This document shows, one piece after another, positions 9,191 through 19,237 of a DNA stretch of 64,000 nt. This stretch comes from Nitrospiraceae bacterium (GTDB lineage: Bacteria > Nitrospirota > Thermodesulfovibrionia > UBA6902), in the NCBI GenBank assembly GCA_003599275.1, contig QZJG01000065.1:1410-65409 (forward strand), in the 5' to 3' direction. The notes under the pieces are model-generated. The model ran no database searches. It was not told where the DNA came from and saw nothing but the letters and a program-made list of their open reading frames with translations. A program made the translations under genes and the position numbers. Position 1 is the first letter of the stretch. Every line of letters starts with the position of its first letter.

Positions 9191-10441
9191 ATGCTGCTAT
9201 ATAATCTTCTTTCAGCCATAGGGGTTGTTTTTTACCTCCCGAAACTTATCTTTAAAAAAGGCCCTGAAAACAGGCGCTCCTTCATCAGTGAACGCCTCGG
9301 CATGTCTTCTTATGCAAGGACAGACATATGGGTGCATGCCGTTTCCGTCGGGGAAGTGATTGCGTGCGTGCCTTTTTTGAAGATGCTGAAGAAGGAATTT
9401 CCCGGCGAAAGAATTCTACTCTCCACAACAACTTATACCGGACAAAAGGTCGCGCGGGAGAAATTCCCCGAGGCCGACAGGACAATGTACTCGCCTCTGG
9501 ATACGGCATTCTGCGTCAGACGCGCAGTCAACTCATTGAAACCCAAAATATTCATCACGATAGAGACCGAGCTCTGGCCGGCCCTCTTTCATAGACTGAA
9601 ACGGTCAGGTTCTTCAGTAATCGTTCTGAACGGCAGGATATCGGACAAATCATTCAAAGGCTACAGGCGGCTTGGTTTTCTTATGAAGAGGGTCCTGTCG
9701 CACATTGATTTTTTTTATATGCAGACCGGGGCGGACGCTGAAAGGATAATGACCATCGGCGCACCTGGACATAAAGTGGGCGTGATGGGGAATTTTAAAT
9801 TCGATATCACGTTTGACACATCGAAACACTTAGACTGGCTGGATGAAGTCAAGGGCAGGACACTGCTTGCCGCAAGCACTCACAAAGGTGAAGAAGAAAT
9901 AATCATTGACGCTTATGCGTCTGTAAAACGGGACCATCCTGATTTAAAACTCATCATCGCCCCGAGACACCCTGAGAGGTTTGACGAAGTTGGGGAAATT
10001 ATAAGCAGGAGAAACCTGAAATTCATCAGGCGAACGGAAATGAATGAGGGACAAGGGGCAAGAGACAAGGAGCAAGACATCATCCTTCTTGATACCATAG
10101 GCGAATTGCCGCGAGTTTTTTCCGGAGTCGCCATGGCCTTTATCGGCGGAAGCCTTGTGCCGAAAGGGGGGCACAATATCCTTGAGCCTGCTTACTGGTC
10201 AAGGCCGGTAATCTTCGGGCCGCACATGAACAACTTTCCTTTTGCGAAGGAATTCATAGACCGGGGCGCGGCCCTTCAGGTCAATAACGCAGACGATGTC
10301 GCGAAAACGGTCCAATATCTTTTGGATAATGAGGCAAAAGCGGTCAACATGGGACAAAATGCAAAAAAAATTTTAGACAACAACATCGGCGCGGTAAACA
10401 GGGCAATCGAGCTCGTCAGAGGTTACCTTGGGACTGCTTAG
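9191..10441 (+). CDS. waaA: 3-deoxy-D-manno-octulosonic acid (Kdo) transferase WaaA/KdtA
   Basis: HAVSVGEVIACVPFLKMLKKEFP...LSTTTYTG, typical of KdtA, within the lpxB-kdtA-lpxK synteny. Confidence 0.8.
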   Translation: MLLYNLLSAIGVVFYLPKLIFKKGPENRRSFISERLGMSSYARTDIWVHAVSVGEVIACVPFLKMLKKEFPGERILLSTTTYTGQKVAREKFPEADRTMYSPLDTAFCVRRAVNSLKPKIFITIETELWPALFHRLKRSGSSVIVLNGRISDKSFKGYRRLGFLMKRVLSHIDFFYMQTGADAERIMTIGAPGHKVGVMGNFKFDITFDTSKHLDWLDEVKGRTLLAASTHKGEEEIIIDAYASVKRDHPDLKLIIAPRHPERFDEVGEIISRRNLKFIRRTEMNEGQGARDKEQDIILLDTIGELPRVFSGVAMAFIGGSLVPKGGHNILEPAYWSRPVIFGPHMNNFPFAKEFIDRGAALQVNNADDVAKTVQYLLDNEAKAVNMGQNAKKILDNNIGAVNRAIELVRGYLGTA

Positions 10442-11444
10442 CGGACTATACGGACTCGGACTAAAATGCAAGAGGTCACTTGTTAAGCCGTGCAGATTGC
10501 CTGCGAAGGTCATCAGCGCAGGCAATCTGACCCTCGGCGGAACGGGCAAGACGCCTGCCGCGATTGCAATTGCAGAGGAGGCAAAAAAGCGGGGCCTCAA
10601 ACCTTGCATTTTAACACGAGGATATAAAGGCAAAGTGAAAGGGCCGTGCTTTGTCGAGGGCAAAGGGCAAAGGACAAAGGGCAAAGACATTGTTTGCTTC
10701 GGTGTTGACGCCGGGGACGAGCCCGCGTTAATGGCTGAGAGATTAAAAGATGTGCCAATCGTGAAATGCGCGGACAGATACAAAGGCGGCATGTTTGCTC
10801 TTAACTCTCAACTCTTAACTCTCAACTCTCAACTCGTTTTCATCCTCGATGACGGCTTTCAGCACTGGGCGCTTCACAGGGATGTTGACATAGTCCTCGT
10901 TGACGCGGGCAATCCTTTCGGGAATGAAAAACTCTTTCCCGAAGGCAGTCTGAGAGAACCTCTTGAATCTCTAAGGCGGGCGGGTATCATTGTCATCACA
11001 AAAGCTGATATGGTCAGCGGGGAGTCTCTCTCAAAGCTTGTTCAAAAAATTAAACGATATAATCAGGAAGCGCCGGTATACACAGCGTCACATAAAGCCG
11101 CCGCCATTGTTAACGTGTCAGGGGAGCCTATGGGCCTCGAAATCCTGAAGAGTAAAAACGTCCATGCGTTTGCCGGCATTGCCAATCCTGAATATTTCAA
11201 AGACACATTAATTTCAAACGGCGCAAGTATCGCAGAGTTCAAATCCTTCAGGGACCATTATATTTACAAACAGCGTGACATTGATAAAATAAAATCCGCT
11301 GCGGCGGGGCTGGACATCATTACAACCGAGAAAGATTTGGTGAAGCTCAAAGGTTTGCGATTGCCGGACAACATATTCGCCCTCAGGGTCGATTTTTCCA
11401 TTGAGGAAGGTTTTTATAATTTAATTTTTGGAGGGGTAAGGTGA
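10428..11444 (+). CDS. lpxK: Tetraacyldisaccharide 4'-kinase LpxK (contains an in-frame heptanucleotide tandem repeat)
   Basis: Walker-A-like GNLTLGGTGKTP and the ILDDGFQH motif. Overlaps kdtA by 14 nt. Confidence 0.8.
   Translation: MGLLSGLYGLGLKCKRSLVKPCRLPAKVISAGNLTLGGTGKTPAAIAIAEEAKKRGLKPCILTRGYKGKVKGPCFVEGKGQRTKGKDIVCFGVDAGDEPALMAERLKDVPIVKCADRYKGGMFALNSQLLTLNSQLVFILDDGFQHWALHRDVDIVLVDAGNPFGNEKLFPEGSLREPLESLRRAGIIVITKADMVSGESLSKLVQKIKRYNQEAPVYTASHKAAAIVNVSGEPMGLEILKSKNVHAFAGIANPEYFKDTLISNGASIAEFKSFRDHYIYKQRDIDKIKSAAAGLDIITTEKDLVKLKGLRLPDNIFALRVDFSIEEGFYNLIFGGVR
10801..10835 (+). repeat. Five tandem copies of heptamer YYAACTC inside lpxK
   Basis: ttaactc tcaactc ttaactc tcaactc tcaactc, encoding LNSQLLTLNSQL. 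Three related copies lie at 49068-49088. Confidence 0.8.
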
Positions 11445-11839
11445 TAAAAAACATCAACATCAGGACAAAATCACGGAACGAGTTCGTTGACATTACCTCT
11501 GAATTGCAAACGCTCATAGATGAAGCCGGGATAAAAGGCGGTATATGCCTTGTCTACGTCCCTCACACGACGGCAGGAGTGACAATAAACGAAGGGGCGG
11601 ACCCTTCTGTTGTAAAAGATATTCAGAATACCCTCAGTAAGCTGGTCCCCCGGGAAGGGCATTATCTGCATTCGGAAGGGAATTCAGACGCTCACGTCAA
11701 AGCGACCCTTGCCGGCTCTTCACAGAGCATCATCATCGACGGCGGCAAGCTCCTCCTCGGCACCTGGCAGTCCGTGTTCTTCTGCGAATTCGACGGCCCG
11801 CGTCACAGAAGGGTGACGGTGAAGATCGTGAGTGATTAA
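11441..11839 (+). CDS. YjbQ/UPF0047 family protein (secondary thiamine-phosphate synthase-like)
   Basis: VYVPHTTAGVTINE...DAHVKATLAGSS matches the YjbQ family. Confidence 0.7.
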   Translation: MIKNINIRTKSRNEFVDITSELQTLIDEAGIKGGICLVYVPHTTAGVTINEGADPSVVKDIQNTLSKLVPREGHYLHSEGNSDAHVKATLAGSSQSIIIDGGKLLLGTWQSVFFCEFDGPRHRRVTVKIVSD

Positions 11840-11862
11840 TAATGCGTGGTTACCGCAGCCTC

Positions 11863-11961
11863 TTAAGAGTTTTCATCCCCCTCCACAATGGCAATCTCTT
11901 CCGGCGTGAGGCCGTAGAGGGTGTAAACCAGTTGGTTTATCTCTGCTTCGAGACGCGGGAC
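11863..11961 (-). pseudogene. C-terminal remnant of an R-M N6-adenine methyltransferase / type IIG enzyme
   Basis: The only conserved part of the 112-aa ORF is its C-terminus, EAEINQLVYTLYGLTPEEIAIVEG. This is the characteristic C-terminal helix of many R-M methyltransferases and PglX-like proteins. The upstream part has no similarity and no RBS. Confidence 0.5.
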
Positions 11962-12074
11962 TGGCTTTGGATTACTCTTTATACGAATTGAGTATGCTAT
12001 AATGAACCAATTAAAAATTATCAAATCTATGTGTTCTGATGTTTGCAGAATCGAATGATTATTGAGGAGACGCG

Positions 12075-13208
12075 ATGCCGGGAAAAATCCCAGGTTATGG
12101 TGGGAAAAGGCCTCAGTTGAAAATAGAGGTTGACCGACTTCATCTCGACGCAGAAAACCCTCGTCTTCCTGAATCAATACAAGGACAGAAGGAAGCCACA
12201 ATTCTTCAGGAACTATTTGAAGAGTTCAATCTGGAAGAAATTTCAGACTCGATTTCTCAAAATGGCTACTTTGATGAAGAGCCGCTTGTCGCAATACCTC
12301 TTGGCCTTACCGCGAAACTTCTCCGCAAGTCTGAAAGCGAAAATTATGACGCATTCATTCATAAAAAAACGACTCAGTTTACTGTCGTCGAGGGGAATAG
12401 ACGATTAGCAACAATCAAAATACTCCTCGATAAGGGCACTCAGAACTCTTTAGGTATTCGCTCTTGGCCTGAAATCAGCAAAGAGGTTCGCGAAGATATT
12501 TCTAAATTGCCGGTTATTGTCTATCCAGAACGCAAAGAGGTAATTCCATATCTCGGTGTGCGACATATAACTGGTATAAAGAAGTGGGATGCTTATGCAA
12601 AAGCACGATATATAATTCATATGATAGAAAGTGGGCTATCAATAGAAAACATAGAACTGCGAATTGGTGATAAACAGGGATCGGGCAGGAAAAATGTTAT
12701 CTGCTATAAAATGATCAAGCAAGCCCACGAGGAATTTGATTACGATGTCAGTTTAGCGACGCAATACTTTTCGTATCTGATGTTATCAATTGGACAACTC
12801 CCTATAAGAAATTACCTGGGGATGGGAAAGCTTAAGGAAATATCATTAGATGAGCCTATACCAAATACTAAGATAGAGGAATTGAAAAACCTCTTGTCTT
12901 GGCTTTTTGGTGAAGATAAAAATAGGAAACCTGTAATAGATGATTCAAGAGAGATTACGCAATATTTAACGCATGTTGTTAAAAGCCCTGAAGCAGTGGA
13001 GTACCTGAATAAGACCCGACGATTGCAGGATGCGTATGAATTAACCGATGGTGAGGAGACAATGCTGAAGAAAACCCTATCATCTGCCGGGTTCAAGCTT
13101 GAAAAAGCTTTAGGAATTATACATAGACATAAAACTCTTGAAATAAAAGCGGAAGTCGAGAAATGCTTTGAGACGGCTAACCGGCTTCGTAAAACAATTA
13201 ATGAGTAG
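12075..13208 (+). CDS. ParB/Srx-fold (ParB-like nuclease domain) protein
   Basis: LHLDAENPR and VVEGNRRLATIKIL match the ParB N-terminal domain motifs (DPxNPR / GxRR). AT-rich context. Confidence 0.6.
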   Translation: MPGKIPGYGGKRPQLKIEVDRLHLDAENPRLPESIQGQKEATILQELFEEFNLEEISDSISQNGYFDEEPLVAIPLGLTAKLLRKSESENYDAFIHKKTTQFTVVEGNRRLATIKILLDKGTQNSLGIRSWPEISKEVREDISKLPVIVYPERKEVIPYLGVRHITGIKKWDAYAKARYIIHMIESGLSIENIELRIGDKQGSGRKNVICYKMIKQAHEEFDYDVSLATQYFSYLMLSIGQLPIRNYLGMGKLKEISLDEPIPNTKIEELKNLLSWLFGEDKNRKPVIDDSREITQYLTHVVKSPEAVEYLNKTRRLQDAYELTDGEETMLKKTLSSAGFKLEKALGIIHRHKTLEIKAEVEKCFETANRLRKTINE

Positions 13209-13210
13209 CT

Positions 13211-14068
13211 ATGATAGAGATTCCTGACGCACAATCTCACCGCGCTGTTGCCGATTGGCTTGAAATTCACCTATCAATTTTTGCTGCATCGATATCTAAG
13301 GCTGAGCTTTCTTCATATTTAGAAGGGCTGTCTGGAGACGAAAGCACCGAGGCATTCTTAAGTAGCGTTTGGAACGAATTGCTATCAAGGCAGAGTCAAT
13401 ATATGCGACCGCCTTTTATCGTATCTGAGAGGCGCATAATCAAGAATACTGCTGTAACGTATGGTGTTGAATATCTTACATGTTTGATTCTTTCTCTATA
13501 TGGTGTGAATGATCATGATATTTCCGGAAGGAGAATGCGCTCAGCTAAATTATTTGAAAGACTCTCCGGATTTGCTCTCCAAGAATATTTAGGTGGGAGA
13601 TTTTTTTTATTTGGCTGGCCTGCGTTAGATGGCACAGAGCCCGCAATTCAAGCTCGTATTCAGCAAGTTTCTACTGAATTGAACGAACGATTTGTCGAAG
13701 CACCTGCAGCGACCTATAAAGATAGGGGCGTAGATATAATTGCATGGAAGCCTTTCGCTGAAGGCAGAAGCTGCCAATGCGTCATTTTAGCGCAATGCGC
13801 TGCTGGTAAGGATTGGCGAAATAAGACGACTACTCTGCCAATGGATGCCTGGACTAAATACATACATTGGGCATCTAATCCAATCAAAGCATTTTTTGTT
13901 CCTTGTGTGATTCCTGATAATTTGTGGCTTGAAGCTTCGTGGGAAGCCGGAATCTTATTTGATCGAATCAGGATAATGAATTTATTAAATGGTGGAATTC
14001 CTGACGAACAACTCAATCAAGATCTTTTGACATGGACAACCGAGCAGCTTAGTGAGCATGAGGTATGA
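13211..14068 (+). CDS. Hypothetical protein, candidate type II restriction endonuclease partner of Dcm
   Basis: No conserved family was recognised. Its stop overlaps the Dcm start (ATGA), which implies translational coupling. There is a possible PD-(D/E)xK-like segment, KDRGVDIIAWK. Confidence 0.35.
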   Translation: MIEIPDAQSHRAVADWLEIHLSIFAASISKAELSSYLEGLSGDESTEAFLSSVWNELLSRQSQYMRPPFIVSERRIIKNTAVTYGVEYLTCLILSLYGVNDHDISGRRMRSAKLFERLSGFALQEYLGGRFFLFGWPALDGTEPAIQARIQQVSTELNERFVEAPAATYKDRGVDIIAWKPFAEGRSCQCVILAQCAAGKDWRNKTTTLPMDAWTKYIHWASNPIKAFFVPCVIPDNLWLEASWEAGILFDRIRIMNLLNGGIPDEQLNQDLLTWTTEQLSEHEV

Positions 14069-15402
14069 AATTTATTGACTTATTTGCAGGACTCGGTGGA
14101 TTTCACATTGCACTCAGGCAACTTGGGCATAGTTGTGTCTTCGCGAGTGAGTTAGACCCGCTGCTGCGTGATTTATACAACGAGAATTTCAGCATATTGC
14201 CTGCTGGTGATATTCGTACCATAAAGGTATCCGACATCCCATCACATGACATTTTGTGTGCAGGCTTCCCTTGTCAACCATACTCAAAAGCCGGAGAGCA
14301 GCAAGGCACATCATGCCCACGCTGGGGGGATCTGTTTGAGCATCACGTTATCAGAATAGTAAAAGCTCATGAGCCAAAATATGTTTTACTGGAGAATGTG
14401 CCTAACCTAGTCAGACACAATAATGGACGCACATGGGATCAGATGCAGCAAAGGCTTGCTAAGTGCGGTTATGAGGTTGCGTCCGAAATTCTATCACCCC
14501 ATCATTTTGGTATCCCACAGATTCGTGAGCGCATGTTTGTTGTTGGCAGTCGCACGGGGCTTGATAAATTTAAATGGCCCCAAAAAACAAGCGTTCAGTG
14601 CTCAATAGGCTCTATTCTTGATCTGAAGCCTCCGGATGCAAAGCCATTGTCAGCGCAGGTAACAAAATGTATGGAGGTATGGCAAGACTTTTTAGATCGC
14701 TCACCGCATGATGAGGGGCTGCCGTCTTTTCCAATCTGGACAATGGAATTTGGGGCAGACTATCCTTTCGAAGACACAACGCCATACGCCATCGGCACAA
14801 AGAGACTGCGACAATATAAAGGATCTCATGGGTTTAAACTTTCAAAGGCTGGACCAAAGCAGAGATTTGATTGCCTACCCTCTTATGCAAGGACAAAAGA
14901 GAAGCTATTCCCTGACTGGAAGATTCAGTTTATTCGACAGAACCGTGACTATTACAACAAGAATAAACGGTGGATAAAGCCGTGGCTTCCCAAAATCCTT
15001 GAATTTCCTCCGAGCTTGCAGAAGTTTGAATGGAATTGCAAAGGCGAAGAGAGGGACATATGGCAATTTATAATACAGTTTCGCGCTTCAGGAGTCAGAG
15101 TTAAACGGCCGACCACTGCTCCTTCTTTAGTAGCAATGACATCAACCCAAGTGCCAATCATTGCATGGGAGAAACGTTATATGACGCCTCGGGAATGCAG
15201 CCGCCTTCAAAACATGGAGTCTTTGCGCGACCTTCCGGGGTCACAAACAAAAGCATATAAAGCTCTTGGCAATGCCGTTAATGCTGAAGTTGTAAGGAAG
15301 ATTGTTGAATCCCTTTGTGTATCAGGACACCGATACACAGACATGATTGCTGTATCTCGACTGCAACAGATATCGCCTGTAGTTTTGATAGATAGCTTAT
15401 AA
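14065..15402 (+). CDS. dcm: DNA (cytosine-5)-methyltransferase (Dcm family)
   Basis: Motif I FAGLGGF, motif IV GFPCQPYS, motif VI ENVPNL, motif X ALGNAVN. Confidence 0.9.
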   Translation: MKFIDLFAGLGGFHIALRQLGHSCVFASELDPLLRDLYNENFSILPAGDIRTIKVSDIPSHDILCAGFPCQPYSKAGEQQGTSCPRWGDLFEHHVIRIVKAHEPKYVLLENVPNLVRHNNGRTWDQMQQRLAKCGYEVASEILSPHHFGIPQIRERMFVVGSRTGLDKFKWPQKTSVQCSIGSILDLKPPDAKPLSAQVTKCMEVWQDFLDRSPHDEGLPSFPIWTMEFGADYPFEDTTPYAIGTKRLRQYKGSHGFKLSKAGPKQRFDCLPSYARTKEKLFPDWKIQFIRQNRDYYNKNKRWIKPWLPKILEFPPSLQKFEWNCKGEERDIWQFIIQFRASGVRVKRPTTAPSLVAMTSTQVPIIAWEKRYMTPRECSRLQNMESLRDLPGSQTKAYKALGNAVNAEVVRKIVESLCVSGHRYTDMIAVSRLQQISPVVLIDSL

Positions 15403-15420
15403 CTTATAAAGGGGGCTGAC

Positions 15421-16980
15421 ATGACCGGTGGGAAACCAGTACATCGAGTTAACATTAGACCGGGTGTCAGTGTTCTTTCGGTTCTCCGACATCTAAATTA
15501 CAAGCCATGGTTCGCATTAGCAGAATTTATTGATAATGCCTTGCAAAGTTATTTTGAATCCAAAGAAAATCTTTTGAAAATTGAAGGCAACGACTTTAAG
15601 CTGCGTATAAATATTGACATTGATTCTACTGATGCCGGAAGGATTTCTGTTCGTGACAATGCGGGAGGGATAGATAAAAAAGACTTCCCACGCGCTTTTA
15701 GGCCTGCAGAGCTACCTCCTAACCGTAGCGGTTTAGGAGAATTCGGCATGGGGATGAAAAGCGCTGCTTGTTGGTTTTCTCCAATGTGGTCAGTGAGGAC
15801 GTCTGCCCTCGGTGAAAGCGACGAGAAAACTGTTGCCTTTGATATCTCAAGAATAGTGCAAGATGAGATTGAAGAGCTTGACGTGGATGCTCGACCTGCT
15901 GACAAAACAGCACATTTCACAGAAATTGTCTTATCCAGCCTTTATCATGTGCCTGCTGGCCGTACCCTTGGGAAAATCAAAGATCATCTTAGGGATATAT
16001 ATCGTGTTTTTACGCAGCAAGGGCTAATGGTTTTGAAATTTAACGGTGAGGAATTGATACACCAAGAGCCCGATATATTGATGGCGCCTTCATATCGCAA
16101 TGAGAACGGGCCAGCCATTCTCTGGCGAAAAGGCGTTGAGTTTAATTTTGGCAATGGATTGCGTGCCCACGGTTTTGCAGCAATCAGGAAAACGGCCAGC
16201 ACTTCTTTTGCAGGATTTTCCTTATTTCGTAGAAATCGTCTAATACAGGGAAGCGGTGATGAAGGTTATAGGCCTGAGACTATTTTTGGAAAACCCAACA
16301 GCTTTGTTTATCAGCGTTTATTTGGCGAGCTACATCTTGAAGGGTTTGAGGTAAGCCATACAAAAGATGGCTTACAGTGGGATGAGAATGAGGAGCCATT
16401 TTTAGAGCTTTTAAAGGAAGAGTTGTCGAAGCCCGAAATTCCCCTTTTGCAGCAAGCACGAGAATACCGCGTGCAGCCCAGACAACTCGATCTTAGGCGG
16501 GGAGCGGAAGGAGCTTTGTCGCATACTTCTGATGCTATAAAGAACTATGTGCCTCCTGTGTTTTTAGCTCTAAGCACAGAGCCCCCAGTACAAACGCCTT
16601 CTGATGATCTTTCACAGTCAAGCATAGCATCTCGAAGAATAATTGACGTTGAGCTACAGGGCAAGCCATGGCGAATCGTAATAGAGTTGTCAGATGATCC
16701 TGCCATTGGAGATTGGCTTGAGATAAACGATCAGATCGCGAAAGAGCGAGCACAGACAGGCAATACTTCGCGCCGAACTATAGGCCTTCGTCTTTCCCTG
16801 AGGCATCCTTTTATGGAGCGATTTAGTGGCGTTGACCCAGACCAGATCGAGCCACTTTTGCGCGTTGCAGCAGCACTGGGACTTGCAGAAGTGGCAGCCC
16901 GTGAAAGCGGCGTTAGATATGCTGGGACAGTGAGGCGTAATGTGAACGAGCTATTGCGAAATGCCTTATGGCGAACTTAG
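15421..16980 (+). CDS. GHKL-superfamily ATPase (HATPase_c_3 / MORC-MutL-like), Dcm-associated
   Basis: Bergerat-fold motifs EFIDNALQ (N-box), VRDNAGGI (G1), GEFGMGMKSAA (G2). Confidence 0.75.
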   Translation: MTGGKPVHRVNIRPGVSVLSVLRHLNYKPWFALAEFIDNALQSYFESKENLLKIEGNDFKLRINIDIDSTDAGRISVRDNAGGIDKKDFPRAFRPAELPPNRSGLGEFGMGMKSAACWFSPMWSVRTSALGESDEKTVAFDISRIVQDEIEELDVDARPADKTAHFTEIVLSSLYHVPAGRTLGKIKDHLRDIYRVFTQQGLMVLKFNGEELIHQEPDILMAPSYRNENGPAILWRKGVEFNFGNGLRAHGFAAIRKTASTSFAGFSLFRRNRLIQGSGDEGYRPETIFGKPNSFVYQRLFGELHLEGFEVSHTKDGLQWDENEEPFLELLKEELSKPEIPLLQQAREYRVQPRQLDLRRGAEGALSHTSDAIKNYVPPVFLALSTEPPVQTPSDDLSQSSIASRRIIDVELQGKPWRIVIELSDDPAIGDWLEINDQIAKERAQTGNTSRRTIGLRLSLRHPFMERFSGVDPDQIEPLLRVAAALGLAEVAARESGVRYAGTVRRNVNELLRNALWRT

Positions 16981-19237
16981 TTTTATAGAGCTATTTATGC
17001 CGGGGAAAAATATCCCTAACGAAGAAATAATTCAGATAGTAGGTAATGCTGATAAGGGCTTGCAGCCATGGCAGCCTGCTGTTGGTCCAGAAACAATTGA
17101 GCTCCTGCAGAGATCTCGCTTGTCCTATGAGAGCCAGCGAAGTATGCGTGACGAGGCAGTTGCTATCCTGCGGAAATGTGTTACGCCAGATGGAAGAGGA
17201 GGAGATGAGACTGGACTTGTCGTTGGATATGTCCAGAGTGGAAAGACAATGTCTTTTACGACGCTGGCGGCTCTTGCGCGAGATAATGGCTATCCTTTAG
17301 TTATTGTTATAGCAGGAACAAGCACTCCACTGACAAATCAATCGAGGGAACGGCTTAGACGGGATCTCCGATTGACTGAGCGAGATGACCGTAAGTGGCT
17401 TCACATCCACAATCCGAGAGGGCAGGAGAACGCGCGGACTCTAACAGATACGCTTACGGATTGGCGTGATCCAACAGTTCCAAATAATGAAAAAAGGACC
17501 GTGCTTATAACGGTCATGAAACATCACAGGCGTTTGGATCACCTCATCAATGCGCTACGAAATATTGATTTAAGTAATGTGCCTGTCTTGCTCATTGATG
17601 ACGAGGCGGATCAGGCTGGACTTAATAATCTAATTCGACAAGGAGATGAAAGCACAACCTATCAGCGGCTATGTACCCTGAAAGGAGGCTTACCGATTCA
17701 TAGTTTCCTGCAATACACAGCTACTCCTCAAGGCCCCTTGCTGATAAACATTATTGATGTGCTATCACCGGGCTTTGCTGCTGTTTTGACACCAGGGGCA
17801 GATTACGCTGGCGGGAGCGATTTTTTCATGGGAAATGACAGTCCCGTGAGGGATATCCCATCAAGTGAAATTCCAACGCAGATAAATCCTCTGCATGAGC
17901 CTCCTTCGAGCTTGCTTCATGCGCTTAGACTTTTCTTCCTCGGAGTAGCGGCAGGCTTGATGAGAGACGGAGGCCGGGGCAATCGATCAATGATGGTTCA
18001 TCCATCTCAACGGACTCTTGGCCATAGACGTTATCATGATTGGATTGTTGCCATACGCGATAACTGGATGGGTATTCTTCATAATTCTGATGACCCCGAC
18101 CGTATAGAGCTCATAGAGGATTTTCGCCAGGCATATAATGATCTACAAGAGACTATTCGGGGTTTGGAGCCATTTGATCAGCTTGTGTCTCGCCTATTAC
18201 ACGCCATTCGACGGACGGAATTGCATCTTGTTAACACAGCGCAAGGTAGAACTCCGCAGATCGATTGGTCAAGCGCATACTCTCACATACTTGTGGGCGG
18301 ACAGGCTATGGATCGGGGCTATACAGTCGAGGGCTTGACAGTCACTTATATGCCGAGGGGGGTTGGAGCTGGAAATGCCGATACAGTACAGCAGCGCGCC
18401 CGCTTTTTCGGGTATAAGCGTCCATATCTGGGCTTCTGCCGAGTCTTTCTTGAGCCTGCGGTATCGCAGGCATTTCACCGCTATGTTGAGCATGAGGAAG
18501 ATGTACGCCATCAACTGCTGACTCATTCCTCAACAGGCCGTCCCCTTAATGAGCTGCGGCGTGCTTTTCTTTTGACGCGATCTCTCCGCCCAACCCGGGA
18601 CAGTATTATTGATATTGATTACGTTCGAGCAAGCTTTAGCGAAGGCTGGTTTTCCCCTAAAGCCCCCCATGATTCAGCACAAGCTATTGATGCTAACAAT
18701 CTTGCCATAGAACGTTTTTTCCAGGGGATGACATTATCATCCGATGATGGGCATCCAGACAGAACAGAAACACAAAAGCATTTGGTAGCGCAAAATCAAT
18801 CACTTGACCATGTCTATGAGAAGCTGCTGACAGAGTTGAGATTCTCTCGCTTGAATGATGCACAGAATTTCTTGGGGGCATTAGTTATTCTCCGCAGATA
18901 CCTTAATGATCATCCGGCGGCAGAGTGCACTATTTACTTGATGAGCCAAGGTGATACGCGTTTTAGAACATTAAATCAGCAAGATGAGATTCCAACTCTT
19001 TTCCAGGGCGCGGCTCCCGTAAATCCTCCTGAGCGACGTGGAGAAGTTTATCCTGGTGACGGGCAAATTCGCGCAGAAGACGGAGTCTCCATCCAAGTTC
19101 ATAGACTGGATCTAAGCGAGCAGGGTAGTAAAGAAATCCAGTATCGTAATGTCCCGAATATAGCAATATATATACCGCGAGAAATGGGGGGAGATGTAAT
19201 CATACAAAACCAGGGCAGCTTAACGGAGCTGCACTAA
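16961..19237 (+). CDS. Z1-domain P-loop NTPase (Dcm-associated)
   Basis: Walker A VVGYVQSGKTMSFT and Walker-B-like VLLIDDEADQAG. The size and architecture match Z1-domain proteins that co-occur with cytosine methylases. Confidence 0.65.
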   Translation: MPYGELSFIELFMPGKNIPNEEIIQIVGNADKGLQPWQPAVGPETIELLQRSRLSYESQRSMRDEAVAILRKCVTPDGRGGDETGLVVGYVQSGKTMSFTTLAALARDNGYPLVIVIAGTSTPLTNQSRERLRRDLRLTERDDRKWLHIHNPRGQENARTLTDTLTDWRDPTVPNNEKRTVLITVMKHHRRLDHLINALRNIDLSNVPVLLIDDEADQAGLNNLIRQGDESTTYQRLCTLKGGLPIHSFLQYTATPQGPLLINIIDVLSPGFAAVLTPGADYAGGSDFFMGNDSPVRDIPSSEIPTQINPLHEPPSSLLHALRLFFLGVAAGLMRDGGRGNRSMMVHPSQRTLGHRRYHDWIVAIRDNWMGILHNSDDPDRIELIEDFRQAYNDLQETIRGLEPFDQLVSRLLHAIRRTELHLVNTAQGRTPQIDWSSAYSHILVGGQAMDRGYTVEGLTVTYMPRGVGAGNADTVQQRARFFGYKRPYLGFCRVFLEPAVSQAFHRYVEHEEDVRHQLLTHSSTGRPLNELRRAFLLTRSLRPTRDSIIDIDYVRASFSEGWFSPKAPHDSAQAIDANNLAIERFFQGMTLSSDDGHPDRTETQKHLVAQNQSLDHVYEKLLTELRFSRLNDAQNFLGALVILRRYLNDHPAAECTIYLMSQGDTRFRTLNQQDEIPTLFQGAAPVNPPERRGEVYPGDGQIRAEDGVSIQVHRLDLSEQGSKEIQYRNVPNIAIYIPREMGGDVIIQNQGSLTELH

